Shown here: one piece after another, positions 1 to 12,722 of the stretch
Position numbering within the stretch: position 1 is the first letter of the stretch
Layout: every line of letters starts with the position of its first letter
Source: Octopus vulgaris
Lineage: Eukaryota
Reading direction: 5' to 3'
Assembly: GCA_951406725.2 (NCBI GenBank)
Contig: OX597833.1
Location: 31,806,001 to 31,870,000, forward strand
Length of the DNA: 64,000 nt
Position numbers and translations under genes: made by a program
Notes under the pieces: generated by a model
Seen by the model: the letters and a program-made list of their open reading frames with translations, nothing else
What the model was told of the DNA's origin: nothing
Databases searched by the model: none

Positions 1-261
1 TTGAGGATCATCACTATTCTCCTCTCTGTAGTTATAAAATCTTTCAGGCATTTTAAACGAATTACTTTAGCTTGTTTCTTCAGCTGGTGTGTAGTAACGC
101 AAACGACTACTGTCAGAGAACAGCTAATAAGAGAGATACTCAAAATGGAGATATGCGTTAGGATAATCGGCTTAAGTATGGCAGCCTCGTATTGAACTAA
201 CCAATCATGTTCGCTTTTTTCAAACCCTTTGTTTTCCTCAAGCCATTGCAAGAAATAATTT
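1..261 (-). CDS. Possible host-gene exon running off the window, with membrane-protein-like translation (GPCR TM5-ICL3-TM6-like)
   Basis: Hand translation of the minus strand gives about 86 stop-free codons: NYFLQWLEENKGFEKSEHDWLVQYEAAILKPIILTHISILSISLISCSLTVVVCVTTHQLKKQAKVIRLKCLKDFITTERRIVMIL. There is an AG at 263-262 and a phase-compatible candidate upstream exon at 457-372 ending in AG|GTAATT. No homology was verified. Confidence 0.2.
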
Positions 262-589
262 CTATTAAATTTTTAAGATAGGAACTAAATCCATAAATAT
301 TTTATTTATGTTATTCAAGAAAAAAGTTTTAGAAGCAATTTATAATGGAAGAATATGTGAAAATTAATTACCTTATAATTAGATACCGCGTCTTATACCC
401 GTCTTCGTTGATATGCTTTGAACATGTATAATTTTTTTTTGTGGGGGTAGGGCAGGTCTATTCAAATAGTATATACTTTTTATGCGAAGTTAATGCCTAA
501 TAATGTGAAGATATTCATTTCTAATTATTTACTTAACTACTTTTAAAAATAAGTAAAAATACTCCAATAGGATACATCCTGCGTATGCA

Positions 590-683
590 TATGTGTATAT
601 ATATATATATACAGTGTGTGTATATACATTTGTGCATGTATGTTAATGAATGATTACATTTGTGTCCATGTACATATGTATAC

Positions 684-715
<32 letters not shown>

Positions 716-1167
716 GTATATATATACATACATATATTTGGATATATGTTTATATATATATAATTGGGCAATAACTATATATATATACAGTGTGTGTGTA
801 TACATTCGTGTATGTATATATGTATGTTTATGAATGATTACATTTGTGTTTGTACATATGTATAGGTGTATATATAAATATATATATAATTGGGTAATAA
901 CTATATATAGTGTGTGTGTATACATTTGTGTATGTACATATGTATACGTATATATATATATACATACACATATATATATATGTTAGAAGTATTGGGGATG
1001 ATGTACATATTTAAAACATGTAAGAAAAAGGCGTTGTTGAGGGCGCTACAAAATATGAAGAAATAATATGTGATATGTAAATAAATATATTTTTTTACAA
1101 CCATCCAGTATTCTGAACACCTTTTTCTTTCATATATATATATATATATATTTCGATATACCTATGC

Positions 1168-1198
<31 letters not shown>

Positions 1199-1330
1199 TG
1201 CGGAATAACTATATATATATATATATATATATATAATTGCGGAATAACTATATATATATATATATATAATTGCGGAATAACTATATATATATATATATAT
1301 AATTGCGGAATAACTATATATATATATTTA
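590..1330. repeat. TA-rich compound minisatellites
   Basis: Recurrent units tatacagtgtgtgtatatacatt...gaatgattacatttgtgt (590-960) and four copies of aattgcggaataac(ta)n (1195-1320). Confidence 0.85.
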
Positions 1331-2409
1331 TATATAGATATGTGTGTGTGTATAAATATATATATATATATATATTACATACGCAGTAAAAGTGTTTAAA
1401 TTTTTAGTCTAGATTTTTATTTCCTCTCTGTTACGACTTCTTCATTTGTCGTTTATATATCATACTCACTTCTCTCAATTGATAAAGTCAATAAAGGTGA
1501 CGAGATTTTCGCGGCAGCCATATTTAAACTTCGTAACATGCCATGACTTGGAACAGAAATGGAAAACGATAGTAGTACAAGAAAGCGTCTTATATTTCTC
1601 CTTTAATTTTACGTTTCGGATTAGATTTATACATTTAACGGCACAATAAAGCATTATATAGGAAATATCGATAGAATTTAAAAGAAAAAGAAAAAGATGA
1701 ATTTCTTTCAGTTGAATTTTCGAAATTGAAAATTATCAATAAAGAAGTCGGGTATTATTAATCTTATTTTACATTTTATCCGAAAAAAAACTTTACTGTA
1801 TTGAGTATACATATATATATATTTCGAAGAGGAAGAGAATTAAGAATGTAGTAGAATCTAATATATCTTCTAAGAGATATTTGGAAACATACTAAATTGC
1901 TTTAGTATCTTGTGCGAAAAATTTTGTTATGCACACAGCCTTATATATATATATATTATTAATATTACTAAATTATATATTATATGTGATATATATATAT
2001 ATATATAATTTTAAAAAGATTGTTGACTCATAACTTCCAGAAAAATGGATACTTATTGGGGGATACACATCTGTAGTTATGCCTATATATGTACATATAC
2101 TGTATATATAATGCATATATATACACATAAATACGAATGTGTATGTATATATATTACACGCATGTGTATATATATATATACACACGATTATATCACATAC
2201 GCGTGCGTATGTATGTATATACATACACATCTAAAAACATTACGTTCGAAATGATTAAGATTCAATGTTCAGTACTCGGATTAACACGTGCATTAAAAAG
2301 AAGGGAGTCAGGATTTCGACAGAAACTTATTTATTTATCGTTTTGGTCTCTTTCGAAGATTCATCATAAATAATTTCTTGTAGAGAAGTCATACCTTTTT
2401 TTTTTTTAA

Positions 2410-2614
2410 TGCGATTTGGTGCTGAAAAGTTCCTGGCTTTGGGTAAAAGAAAATTACCAGTTAATTTATGATTTTATTCAACATATTCTCCTCTCATATT
2501 CACAAACTTATTGCAGCGGTCCTTCAGTTTTTCTATAAGCCCTGTAAAAGAACTTGCAACGATGTTCTTTTTGCGACACACTTAAAGCCAGGAAGTTTTC
2601 AGTACACCCTCGTA
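2410..2614. mobile_element. Tc1/mariner-type MITE
   Basis: TIRs ggtgctgaaaagttcctggcttt / aaagccaggaagttttcagtacacc, ending ...ctcgTA. Confidence 0.7.
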
Positions 2615-2886
2615 TATTGAAAAAAATATGGAGTTGAATTTGTTTTAACTCACTCTCATTCATATATCTAAACGTAAGAATTTTCTATAAGAAAGCATTC
2701 ATGGTGAATACATGAAAGCGCTAAATAATTTCTATCTACCGTGCTTTTCTTAATATATAAAATCTATAGCCCATTTGAAAGAATCTATACATACACCTAC
2801 GCAATCTGTGCATATATGTATATGTATGTGCAAGGATATAATCACGTAGAGTATACTAATGGTTATTTGTATATGTGTGTATATAT

Positions 2887-3065
2887 CAGTGCTTTTCAAA
2901 CTTTTTGCTGGAGCGGAACACCAAGAAAACATTTCACTGGCTCGAGGAATACCTGTGCAATAATTTAATTGTCTGATGCACACATATCTGCACAGGAGAA
3001 TTAAAAATTATTGTCGATTTTAGCATTTTTGTAACTTCTTGCGGAACCCTGGTTGAAAACCACTG
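2887..3065. mobile_element. hAT-type MITE
   Basis: TIRs cagtgcttttcaa / ttgaaaaccactg; 8-bp gtatatat on both sides (2879-2886 and 3066-3073). Confidence 0.8.
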
Positions 3066-3318
3066 GTATATATATCTATATATACACAGTTACAAATTGA
3101 GATAGGGGTTGTAAATGCAACCCTCCATGGGATAACATATGGATATATGTTAATACATAAATGTTAAGAATTGCGATGCAATTAATTCATTTACTGTATT
3201 ATATGGGCAAAAGTAAAATGTTTTACCACAAATTATGTAGTGGTTTAATAAATTATGTGATTGGGTATTATCTGGTAGTTGATAATTGATTTAGATGTAT
3301 TTCTCCATTTTCTTATTT

Positions 3319-3355
<37 letters not shown>

Positions 3356-3358
<3 letters not shown>

Positions 3359-3735
3359 CGATAGAATACGTACTAGGATTACAAAGAATAAGTCCTGGGG
3401 TCGATTTGCTCGACTACAGGCGGTGCTCCAGCATGGCCGCAGTCAAATGACTGAAACATATAAAAGAATATTTGGGGTCGTCCTGGGGGTGATTTGCTCG
3501 AATAAAGGCGGTGCTCCAGCTGAAACAAATAAAAGAATTAAACCCCAATATTCTTTTATTTGCTTCAGTCATTTGACTGCAGCCATGCAGGAGCACCCCT
3601 TTACTCGAGCAAATCGACTCCAGGACTTATTGTCAATCTTTTGTCGAACAGCTAGGTTACTGGGACGTAAATACACCACCATCGGTTGTCAAGCGATGTT
3701 GGGGGGGACAAACACAGAGACACAAACAGACATAC
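3356..3735. mobile_element. Two tRNA-SINE 3' halves in inverted (fold-back) arrangement
   Basis: Plus-strand tail ggcggtgctccagcatggccgcagtcaaatgactgaaac at about 3419-3457 and its reverse complement at about 3553-3600. Same family as 10272-10686. Confidence 0.8.
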
Positions 3736-3764
3736 ATATATATATATATATATTTATTTATTGA

Positions 3765-6700
3765 CTAGCAGAGCTACCCGGCATTGCCCGGTTACATTCA
3801 TTTGAAGAATTAGACTTTTCTGTTATATATATATATATATATGGATACACACAAACACACACACATATATATGTATATTAGTATAAATACATGAAAGTAC
3901 ATGAAGTTTGTTAAAAAAAAAAGGGGATCATGTATATACCTCCTGGCTGTTGAGATTATAACACCTAGTTGTAAACAATGTTCCTTGTTTTTCCTTGTGG
4001 AGCATATACAAAAAGGTTTCTTTTGGTTCCTACTCTTGAGCAGCCAAAATACAGTTGCCCATGTGAGAAGCAGGGCTGTTTCAAGAGAAGACCAGCTACA
4101 GAGAGGGTTTGACCCTGAGATTTGTTAATGGGCATGGCAAAGCTGACACGAAGGGGGAATTGCAGTCTTCTGAATGTAAAAGGAATTTCTGCTCCTGATG
4201 GAGTAAGAGGAATTCTTGGAATAAAGACGTCATCACCTTTTCCACATCCAGAAAGAATGATCGCCTCGATAATGTGTGACATCATTTTCTTTATCACCAG
4301 TTATGTTCCATTGCAAAGTCTTGGTGGTTCCAGATTGCGGAGTAGCATTACAGGAGTTCCAACTTTAAGTGCTAATATGTGTGGAGGCAGTCCACGAGGC
4401 TCCAGTGAATTGTGAAATTCAGGAGGATAGTTCACAACTTCATTTATATCTGGAATTGTATCAACAGACTTGTAAGTGTGTATAGTGCCGGGAAGAGAAT
4501 GCATTAGCTGTTGATTAATTTTGTTAACATCGACATTTTTTGGAGCTAATCTTGCTCTTTCACACAGCCAATTGTGATTTTGGTAGTTTTGTGTGAAGTT
4601 GGGAGAGACTTTGTTTTTTGAGGTCATCTACAGAATTAACAACAGAAGAAAATGACCATACTTTCATTTGTCCTGCAGCATCGAGAAGCATCTTGCCTTC
4701 ACCAAGTGTCAAAATGTCCTGTGCAAACTTTGTGGACATTTTGTCACTGTGTAGCTGAGCTCTCATGTTAGTGGTGAGACTGTGGATTGTAACATGATGC
4801 CACAGTGTAGAGGACTTTAGTGCCTTTCGGAATGACAGGAAGAATTTGCCTGAAATCACCTGACAACAGAAGCGTTACACCTCCCATTGGAGCCTGACAG
4901 CCTCAGGGCTCTATCTAATGCTGTCTTTCAGGGCTCTATCTAATGCTGTCTTTCAGGGCTCTATCTAATGCTTCCAAAGATCCCCTGTGAGCCATAGTGC
5001 ACTCATCCCAGACAATTAGATGACACATTTTAAGTACTTGTCCCTGATCTGAGCTTTTGTTGATGTTGCATGAAGGCATTTCGGATGTTGCTAAATTGAG
5101 AGGGAGTTTAAAAGTTGAGTGTGCTGTCCTGCCACCGGGTAACAAAGTAGCTGCAATGCCAGAGGAGGCTACAGCTACTGCAATGTCCTGATGCCGCCTA
5201 ACGTCTGCAAGGAGAAGCTTTGTAATAAATATTTTCCTGTCCCTCCAGGAGCATCGAGGAAGAAGATTCGTCCCTCGCGTTGGCGTACACTGTTAAAAAT
5301 AGTTCTGTAGGCCTGCAGCTGGTCAGGAAGTAATTTAGGCTCATTTTCAACAATGTACTTTGAAAGCGCTTGAGTGTCGTAGGTTGTTTCACGAATGACA
5401 GCAGTGGGAAGGCTATTTGACCCTGACCTGAATGCTTGTGGCAGGCCATACGTCAACAATTCATTTCCACCCAGTTTAGCAATTCTGTCTTCAATGTCAA
5501 TGAGTGTTTTGTTATAGATTTCATTGCTGATACCCTCCATGTCAGGATAAAGCAGTTGAGCTTGGCGCTGAAAGTCTTCAGCCAGGTTGTTTCTATATTT
5601 GAGCCATAGAGTGGCCGGATCACACAGTCCGCATGCCTGTAGTAATACTGCAAATAGTGCCCTAAGACTTTTAGGTGATTGTGATAATGCAGCCTCTCCT
5701 AAAGTTGCATCCCATTGTGCACCATCTTCTAACAGAGCTTGTCGAGAGCAGGCTTCTGTGTATGTTGTGCAGACATGTCCATGAATGGTTTTTAGGGCCT
5801 GGAAAGACGTTGGCCCTCTGATCTCATGCAGTAGTAGACGAAGGTAGAAGCACTCTTGTTGAGTGGGATGCACTGTGTATACTCGTCCAAGGCAAGTGTG
5901 AAACTTAATGCCAGGGTATCCATGAACATTTTGACCTGCTTTCCGTGGGGCCCATTTTTTTTCCATTCCAAGTGTAGTATGATGGAATCTGTGGATGTGG
6001 ATACAGCAAGGTTTGAGTGAATGGATCCACTTCACAAAGCTTGAAGAATGCAGTGAGTGTGCTATCCCTTTGTTCCTCTGCCAACAGAGAAGCATTAGCA
6101 TCGGGGAAGTACACTCTTTGACCATTTTCCAGGTGCACTGCAAGCTGTTGAATGGCGAGGTGTCGTTGGTGAATTGGAAAGCCAAAGATGCACCAGAAAG
6201 CCTCGTTGCTACTTATGTACCGTCCCACCTGATAAAGCGTCACCTCATCCTGGCAGTATTCTTGTTGAAGTCCAAACATTGCAGCGTCAGAACCCTTGTT
6301 TACATATTTGCAAACATACTTGATGGATTTAACGGAGTTGCAAAACTCAACGTTGACATGGGCATTGAAAGTCTTTGACAGGAGTGGACAGTATGGAACA
6401 ATCCATCTATTATCAATATCGTGTTGTCCGATAGTTGCTGTGAAACCTCCGTCTTCTGGTTTTCTGCGTCTGTATGATGGATACCCATCAGCACCTGTCT
6501 GAGTTTCTTGTAGGAACCTCCTTCGAAATCTTTTTGAATATATGCTGTCCTTCAAGCATGGTGTGTTTATGTTGAATCCACACCCACATAGACCATGTAA
6601 CATGTTTGCTTTATTTCGTATAGTTCTTTGTCTAAAGCTGGATCAGGAAGCTCTGCAGAGATTATCTTGTCGATGTCATTGGAATTGATCTTCGCTGAGA

Positions 6701-8112
6701 GCCAAAGCAGGTTATGAGCATGTGGAAGGCCCCTTTTTTGCCACTCGATTGTGTACATGTCACATTGTATGGGCCCAAAGACTTGCCCTTTTTGTACGAG
6801 CTCCATGAGAGAGATTAACATCAGATGGAAAACTCGGGCGTTGAGATTCCGGTTCGAATGTAAGGCAGGTTTGAAAGTGTTCCCAACAGTTATTAGTTGT
6901 AGTGGTAGAGTGTTTATGCCGAATATGTACGTATTCAAGTATATATATGTATGTATGCCTGTATATATGTACAAAATCCACTGAGAAGGCTTTTGTTGGT
7001 CTGAGGCTACAGCAGAAGACACATGCCAAGTCACCACACAGTGGGACTGAACCCAGGACCATGTGTTTGGAACGTAGTTTGTTACCACACAGCCACACCT
7101 GCCCCTATGTATGTGTGTGTGTGCATATGTGTGTAAGGGTAGATATATTATGCATGTATATATGTGTATATATATGTGTACATATTACATGTACATCTAT
7201 ATATAGACATCTACACATAAAATACAAAATACAAAGTTATATCTTGATATCGCTAGTGATAACAATACTCAAAATATATAACAGACTGGAATTGTAGGCC
7301 CATCTCTTGCAATTTCGATCAATTGGATCTTGTCCTCCCTCTTGTATAGGCTGCAGCGAAACTTTCTTCTATCGAAGGCATTTTAACAAAAATGCTTCTG
7401 TAAAGACGGTGAAAATATTGTCAATTTCCCCAAACAGGGACAAAATTCAATTTTTAAACAATAACCAAAGCACCTTCTCCGAAAGGGGGAGGGTTACGGT
7501 TTACAATTATTTAACAAATGCAACACAACAAAGTTTCCCTGACGAGGAACCAACAAACGTGATTACAATAGTCAAACAGTAATAATAATAACACCAAACC
7601 TTTTTAATATATCCCCATTTATGTGAAACCACTTATTCAAGTTCAAGTCATTGATGCAATTTTATACGAATTGCTAATACACACACACACACATAATAAG
7701 GGTGAAAAATTGAATATTAATTTGATTAATATGAATTGAAAACCAGTGGTGTGGCATATAAGACCATAGCGGATCTTCTAGCAAAAAGGATGACCACTAT
7801 TAATGGTTCATCCCTGTTATATAATACTTTCACTTTATTAGTTTCAGTATTAAAATGAAAGTGTCTGCATTACAAAAGAGAGATGTTTTTGTTTCACTTT
7901 TAACACGTAATACTGAAATAGTGGAGAAGATATGATATTGCTGTGGGGTCGCCCTAGGGAAAAAGTTAAGATTGTTTTGCCGATGACACTCTCCGGACCT
8001 TAAGTAAGACATGTGTAAAATTTGAATGAAATTGGTTGTGTAGTTCTCAAGTTTTAGGGAAACACACTGACAGACAGGCAGACACACATTCTCAGTTTTA
8101 TATTTATAGAGA
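3765..8112 (-). mobile_element. Helitron with both termini, internally rearranged
   Basis: Minus-strand 5' end A|TCTCTATAAATATAAAACTGAGAATGTGTGTCTG at 8112. The 3' end has hairpin acccggcattgcccggt (3776-3792) followed by CTAG|T at 3768-3765. RepHel coding remnants lie inside. Confidence 0.85.
3965..6840 (-). pseudogene. Helitron Rep/PIF1-helicase (RepHel), frameshifted and 5'-truncated
   Basis: Rep motifs ARVFH, IEWQKRGLPHAH and SIKYVCKYVNKG. Helicase motifs FFLDAPGGTGK, GGRTAHSTFKLP, IVWDEC, LLRNL..PRLCNGT, QFPLRVSFAMPINKSQGQT and FSHGQLY..CSRV. These are spread over several frames. Confidence 0.95.
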
Positions 8113-8128
8113 TGTACTTGCGTAGCGA
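6841..8128. repeat. 1.29-kb direct repeat, copy 1
   Basis: Matches 13654-14940. By eye I see about three substitutions and one 1-bp indel. Confidence 0.95.
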
Positions 8129-8391
8129 GTGACTTGATCTGAGAGCGTGTGCTGGAACGAAACCAATTGCTGCACGAAGCTTTGTCTGTGAACAGGTCGC
8201 GGTCTGAAAGCGACGAAAATATTTTGACAAATTAAATTTAAATGTTGAAGTGAATCTAATGGTTTTGTGTGTTTCTTAAATGGCTTATAAACACCTTCCA
8301 TGCTGCAATTGTTATATATATATATATATTTCGTTTTTGCATTTGGTTTGCAAGATTCTTTATATGATTTCGTGTGTTGAAGCATATTCTG

Positions 8392-8638
8392 TTGTGTCTA
8401 GGGAGATTCATTTTCTTTTTGTGCCTTATAATTTAACACACTCACCTGTAAAATTTCCACTTATTTCTTATTTTTATTCTCCTAAAATTTTCTTTGCGTC
8501 TTGCAACCTTTTCAGACTATTGAAAAGGTTGCAAGAAAATTTTAGGAGAATAAAAATAAGAAATGAGTGGAAATTTTACCAGTGAATGTGTTAAATTATA
8601 AAGCACAAAAAGAAAATAACTCTCCCTTGAAACAAAAG
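8392..8638. repeat. Fold-back palindrome with about 120-bp arms
   Basis: Centre cttgcaaccttttca-gactat-tgaaaaggttgcaag; arms ...ttgtgccttataatttaacac / gtgttaaattataaagcacaa... Confidence 0.9.
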
Positions 8639-8693
8639 TATATATATATATATATAGATATATATATATATATACTGTTTTATAACTGAATGC

Positions 8694-9112
8694 GGATCTT
8701 TTCGGTTTGAACGGCAGTTTTTAAAAATAATTTCCACATAACTAAACACTTTTAAACTTCCTATACTGGTAGAATGTGTTTATAAAACATCTTTTTCTCT
8801 TGGCTTTATTGAGAAAATTCTATAGTTTGTAAGATATTTGTTGTTTTTTTTCTTCAATTTCTGCAATTTCAACCAATCAGTGAGGTAAAAAAATCAGTCT
8901 GTGCCGTATGAATATGTCCCTCGTTTAAGAAACAGATTGGGTTTATTTACATTTGTGAAGAAAAAAAGATACCCTTCCCCCACCCCTAACCCTAACTGAC
9001 CCAAACCCTAAAACAGATTGAAATGCAATAGATCGATACTAGGGTCATAATTATGGGTGACAATTTCATATGACACCGCTAGAAAAAACTGCCATTCAAA
9101 CCGAAAAGATCC
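8694..9112. mobile_element. Merlin-like MITE
   Basis: TIRs ggatcttttcggtttgaacggcagttttt / aaaaactgccattcaaaccgaaaagatcc beginning GG, with imperfect 8-bp TSD ctgaatgc / ccgagtgc. A truncated duplicate with the same left flank (ctgagtgc) lies at 9797-10021. Confidence 0.65.
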
Positions 9113-9185
9113 CCGAGTGCTTCTTTTTTCGGATTTATGTTTACGGACAATATATATGTGTATATATATATATGTGTGTGTATAT

Positions 9186-9233
<48 letters not shown>

Positions 9234-9573
9234 ATATAAATATATACAAATCTCATTTGTGAACCCATGGAAAAAGAACCTACGCCAACTATTCAGCCTA
9301 TATGTCTCTGCACACCTTTGAATGCGTGTGTTAAATTATAAGGCACAAAAAGAAAATGACTCTCCCTAGACACAAAAGTATATATATATATATAAAGGTT
9401 ATAAAATGAGATAGGGGTTGAAAATTCAACCCACCATGGGATAATATATATCCAATATACTGCTAGATAGGTACCCAACAAAATTAATACATAGATGTTA
9501 AAAATTGTCAAACAATCAGTTCATCTATTGTATTAAATTGGTAAAGGTAATAATATTACCGTAAATTAATACT

Positions 9574-9749
9574 ACAAAATTAGAGAATGGAGAAACATAC
9601 TTAAATCAGTAAAACATCAACTATCCGATGATACTCAATCCATACTTTATCCATGTATTAAAGTATGGTGTATTAAAGTATGGATTGAGTATCATCGGAT
9701 AGTTGATGTTTTACTGATTTAAGTATGTTTCTCCATTCTCTAATTTTGT
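9574..9749. repeat. Near-perfect palindrome with about 73-bp arms
   Basis: acaaaattagagaatggagaaacatacttaaatcag...tcaatccatacttta versus taaagtatggattgag...ctctaattttgt. Confidence 0.9.
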
Positions 9750-10271
9750 TATATATATATAAATATATATATATATTCTATTTTATAACTGAGTGCAGAT
9801 CTTTTCGGTTTGAACAGCAGTTTTTTAAAATAATTTCCACATAACTAAATACTTTTAAACTTCCTATACTGGTAGAATGTGTTTATAAAACATCTTTTTC
9901 TCTTGGCTTTATTGAGAAAATTCTATGGTTTGTAAGATATTTGTTGTTTTTTTCTTCAATTTCTGCAATTTCAACCAATCAGTGACGTCTATTGAGGTAA
10001 AAAAATCATTCTGTGCCGTATGCTAGAAGCTTTGCAAATCTAACGGTGGCCTCAAAAAACATTTTTAGATCAACAAAGATCAGAACTTATCTGCAGCTCT
10101 TGGTGGTCCAAATCGGATATGCTATCTATGTGGATGTCTTTTAAGAACATTGTCTGGTTTTCAAAAGTCACATAAGATTCCATGATGGTTCTAAGGTGTA
10201 GGTATAGGAGGTGACCAAACTCTGCATAAGGAGCTGGCAACCACCATATATATACATATATATATATATAT

Positions 10272-10686
10272 CTTTACTCTTTTACTCTTTTACTTGTTTC
10301 AGTCATTTGACTGCGGCCATGCTGGAGCACCGCCTTTAATCAAGCAACTCGACCCCGGGACTTATTCTTTTGTAAGCCCAGTACTTATTCTATCGGTCTC
10401 TTTTGCCGAACCGCTACGTAAGGGGGACCTAAACACACCAGCATCGGTTGTCAAGCAATGCTAGGGGGACAAACACAGACACACAAACATACACGCACAC
10501 ACACATATATATATACATATATACGACGGGCTTCTTTCAGTTTCCGTCTACCAAATCCACTCACAAGGCATTGGTCGGCCCGGTACTATAGCAGAAGACT
10601 CTTGCCCAAGGTGCCACGCAGTGGGACTGAACCCGGAACCATGTGGTTGGTTAGCAAGCTACTTACCACACAGCCACTCCTGCGCC
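10272..10686 (-). mobile_element. Full-length tRNA-derived SINE (octopus-type, family A here)
   Basis: Head ggcgcaggagtggctgtgtggtaag...ggttccgggttcagtccc with A/B boxes, internal TA/CA microsatellite, and tail (gtaaaaga)n. Confidence 0.9.
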
Positions 10687-10872
10687 TATATATATATATA
10701 TATATATATTTTAAAATTAAATAATAAGGGTAGTAATTGATATTAATCAATTAAAACCAGTGGCTTAGCATATTTAAAATATCCAAAGATGAAAATTTCT
10801 CTTACATACAAAATTAATGACCACTAAAGTGGACACCTAGTGGTCATTCCTCTTTATATATATATATATATA

Positions 10873-10998
10873 CTTTATTTAAAGCAGCAGAAAATTCAAC
10901 AAAACCTGTTACTCTAAGTTTCCCGTTGCCGTTCATGAACAGCAACGGGAAACTCAGAGTAACAGGTTTTGTTGAATTTTCTGCTGCTTTAAATAAAG
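10873..10998. repeat. 126-bp near-perfect palindrome
   Basis: ctttatttaaagcagcagaaaattcaacaaaacctgttactc...gttcatgaac...gagtaacaggttttgttgaattttctgctgctttaaataaag. Confidence 0.95.
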
Positions 10999-11085
10999 CA
11001 TATTACTCTACCACTGGTATTTGAGTACTCTTTTTTCCACCTTGTTTCACATTTATGTGTTTACTCCGGTATATATATATATATA

Positions 11086-11401
11086 AGTAGCGAGATCATC
11101 AGAAAGAAGTCCGGCGTGAGAGATGTTATCGTAGAGTATACACGCAGCAAGTATAGATGGGCTGGACACGTCGCCCAGCTCACTGATAATCGGTAGATGC
11201 ACGCAGTTGTCGAGTGGTACCCATGTGAGCGGAAAAGACCACCCGGAAGACCTCCACGACGGTGGAGTTACGATTTCAGGAGGACGATTGGGATCACGTG
11301 GATGAGAAAGGCGCAATCCAGAGAGGAGTGGGCAGCGTGCTGTGACCAGCGGTGTCAAATGGACGCCTGATGGACTGGTCGGTCAAGGTGATCAAGGTGA
11401 T
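11086..11401 (+). mobile_element. RTE-clade LINE 3' fragment (second family)
   Basis: Translates RWAGHVAQLTDNR..VVEWYPCERKRPPGRPPRRW; short tandem tail (caaggtgat)n. Confidence 0.75.
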
Positions 11402-11404
11402 ATA

Positions 11405-11830
11405 GGTACAGGGTTGAGATGCCCTTGATTATGTTATCGAAGGTGGATTTGTGGTGATTGGAGTGGATGTTAAGGTATTTAAGGTATTGGTTAGGTTTGT
11501 GGTAAAGGGAGTATTGGGATTTTTATAAGTTTAAAGTTGTGTCAAGAAAGTTAGCAGTTTTGTGAGTGTTTTCAAATGTGATAGAAAGGTTTAGGTTAGA
11601 GAAGAATTTATGTAGATCCTTTCTAGTTCTTTCTAAGGAGGATTTATTTATGCTTTTAGTAACCAATAAAGCATTGTCCCTGTATAGGCCTCCCTTGATA
11701 TTAGGGAAGTGTATTTGGGGCTGATGTAGTATATATAGTCCAACTAAGTCAGTGACCTGAGCTGAATCAGAAGATCCCATGGTTATATCGAATAGGTTGC
11801 TATGGTTGTTACTTTGGTTATTGGCCTGGT
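11405..11830 (-). pseudogene. Penelope-like element reverse transcriptase fragment
   Basis: FDITMGSSDSAQVTDLVGLYIL...GLYRDNALL...NFLDTTLNL resembles the PLE RT motifs MGS.DGA...LVGLY, YRDD and FLD. Confidence 0.8.
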
Positions 11831-11886
11831 GCATATACCTACAAGTAAGAGTTGTGTGTGTAGATATTGATATGTATAAAGATCTG

Positions 11887-11929
<43 letters not shown>

Positions 11930-12564
11930 GTTTAATATATACATATGTATATATTTTCTTATATTATTAAGCACTGACCTGCCAAACCATCTAAATTCTT
12001 AATTCCTTACTACTAACCCTCTCTGTCCCATTACTTAGACTCTATCACTATACATTTGTCACTCCTCTACCTTTTATCACCCCCACCACTACTATTTTTT
12101 TACACTCTAATACCTTTCTCTCTCTATCACCCTTTATCTCCCCACTCCTACTTTCAAATTATCTCCACTGATCACTAACTGGTACACTTTCCCTTATCTA
12201 CATCTTTGTTTTTTATTTTTATTATTTCTTTCTTCTCTTTATTCCTCTCTTCCTGTTTTTTATTATTTTATTATTTTTTCTTTCTTTTCCTTCTCTCTTT
12301 TATCTCTTTTTCTCTTTCTTTATTCTTCTCTTCCTGTTTTCAGTTTGACCCTACTAATACATTCCCTATTTTTAGGTCACTTTAAATAAAACCCTTGATT
12401 CAATAACACTGTATTTTGAATGACCAATTTTAAATACTATTGGATTTTACTTGATCTACAAATACAATTTCCCTACACATCTCACATCTATTTTCTTTCC
12501 TCCACCTTACTCTCTATTTTGTATCTTATCTGAATTAACTATTACTTAACCATCCTCTCACACA

Positions 12565-12606
12565 GTCTCCGATGAAGGGATATAATAAATATCCTGGAAA
12601 CAGCTA
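12565..12606 (+). ncRNA. Minimal hammerhead-ribozyme-like motif (PLE-associated)
   Basis: CCGATGA-ag-ggatat(aataa)atatcc-tg-GAAAC, against the canonical core CUGANGA-stem II-GAAA; lies near the PLE RT fragment. Confidence 0.5.
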
Positions 12607-12671
12607 TAAAACCTTCTATCTATAAATATTCTAAAATCTACACAGCCTTGGTTTCTTTATCTCATTACGAA

Positions 12672-12722
<51 letters not shown>

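Noticed and set aside
8976-9012. CCCTAA telomere-like repeats
   Set aside because: Only a few degenerate units, inside a MITE.
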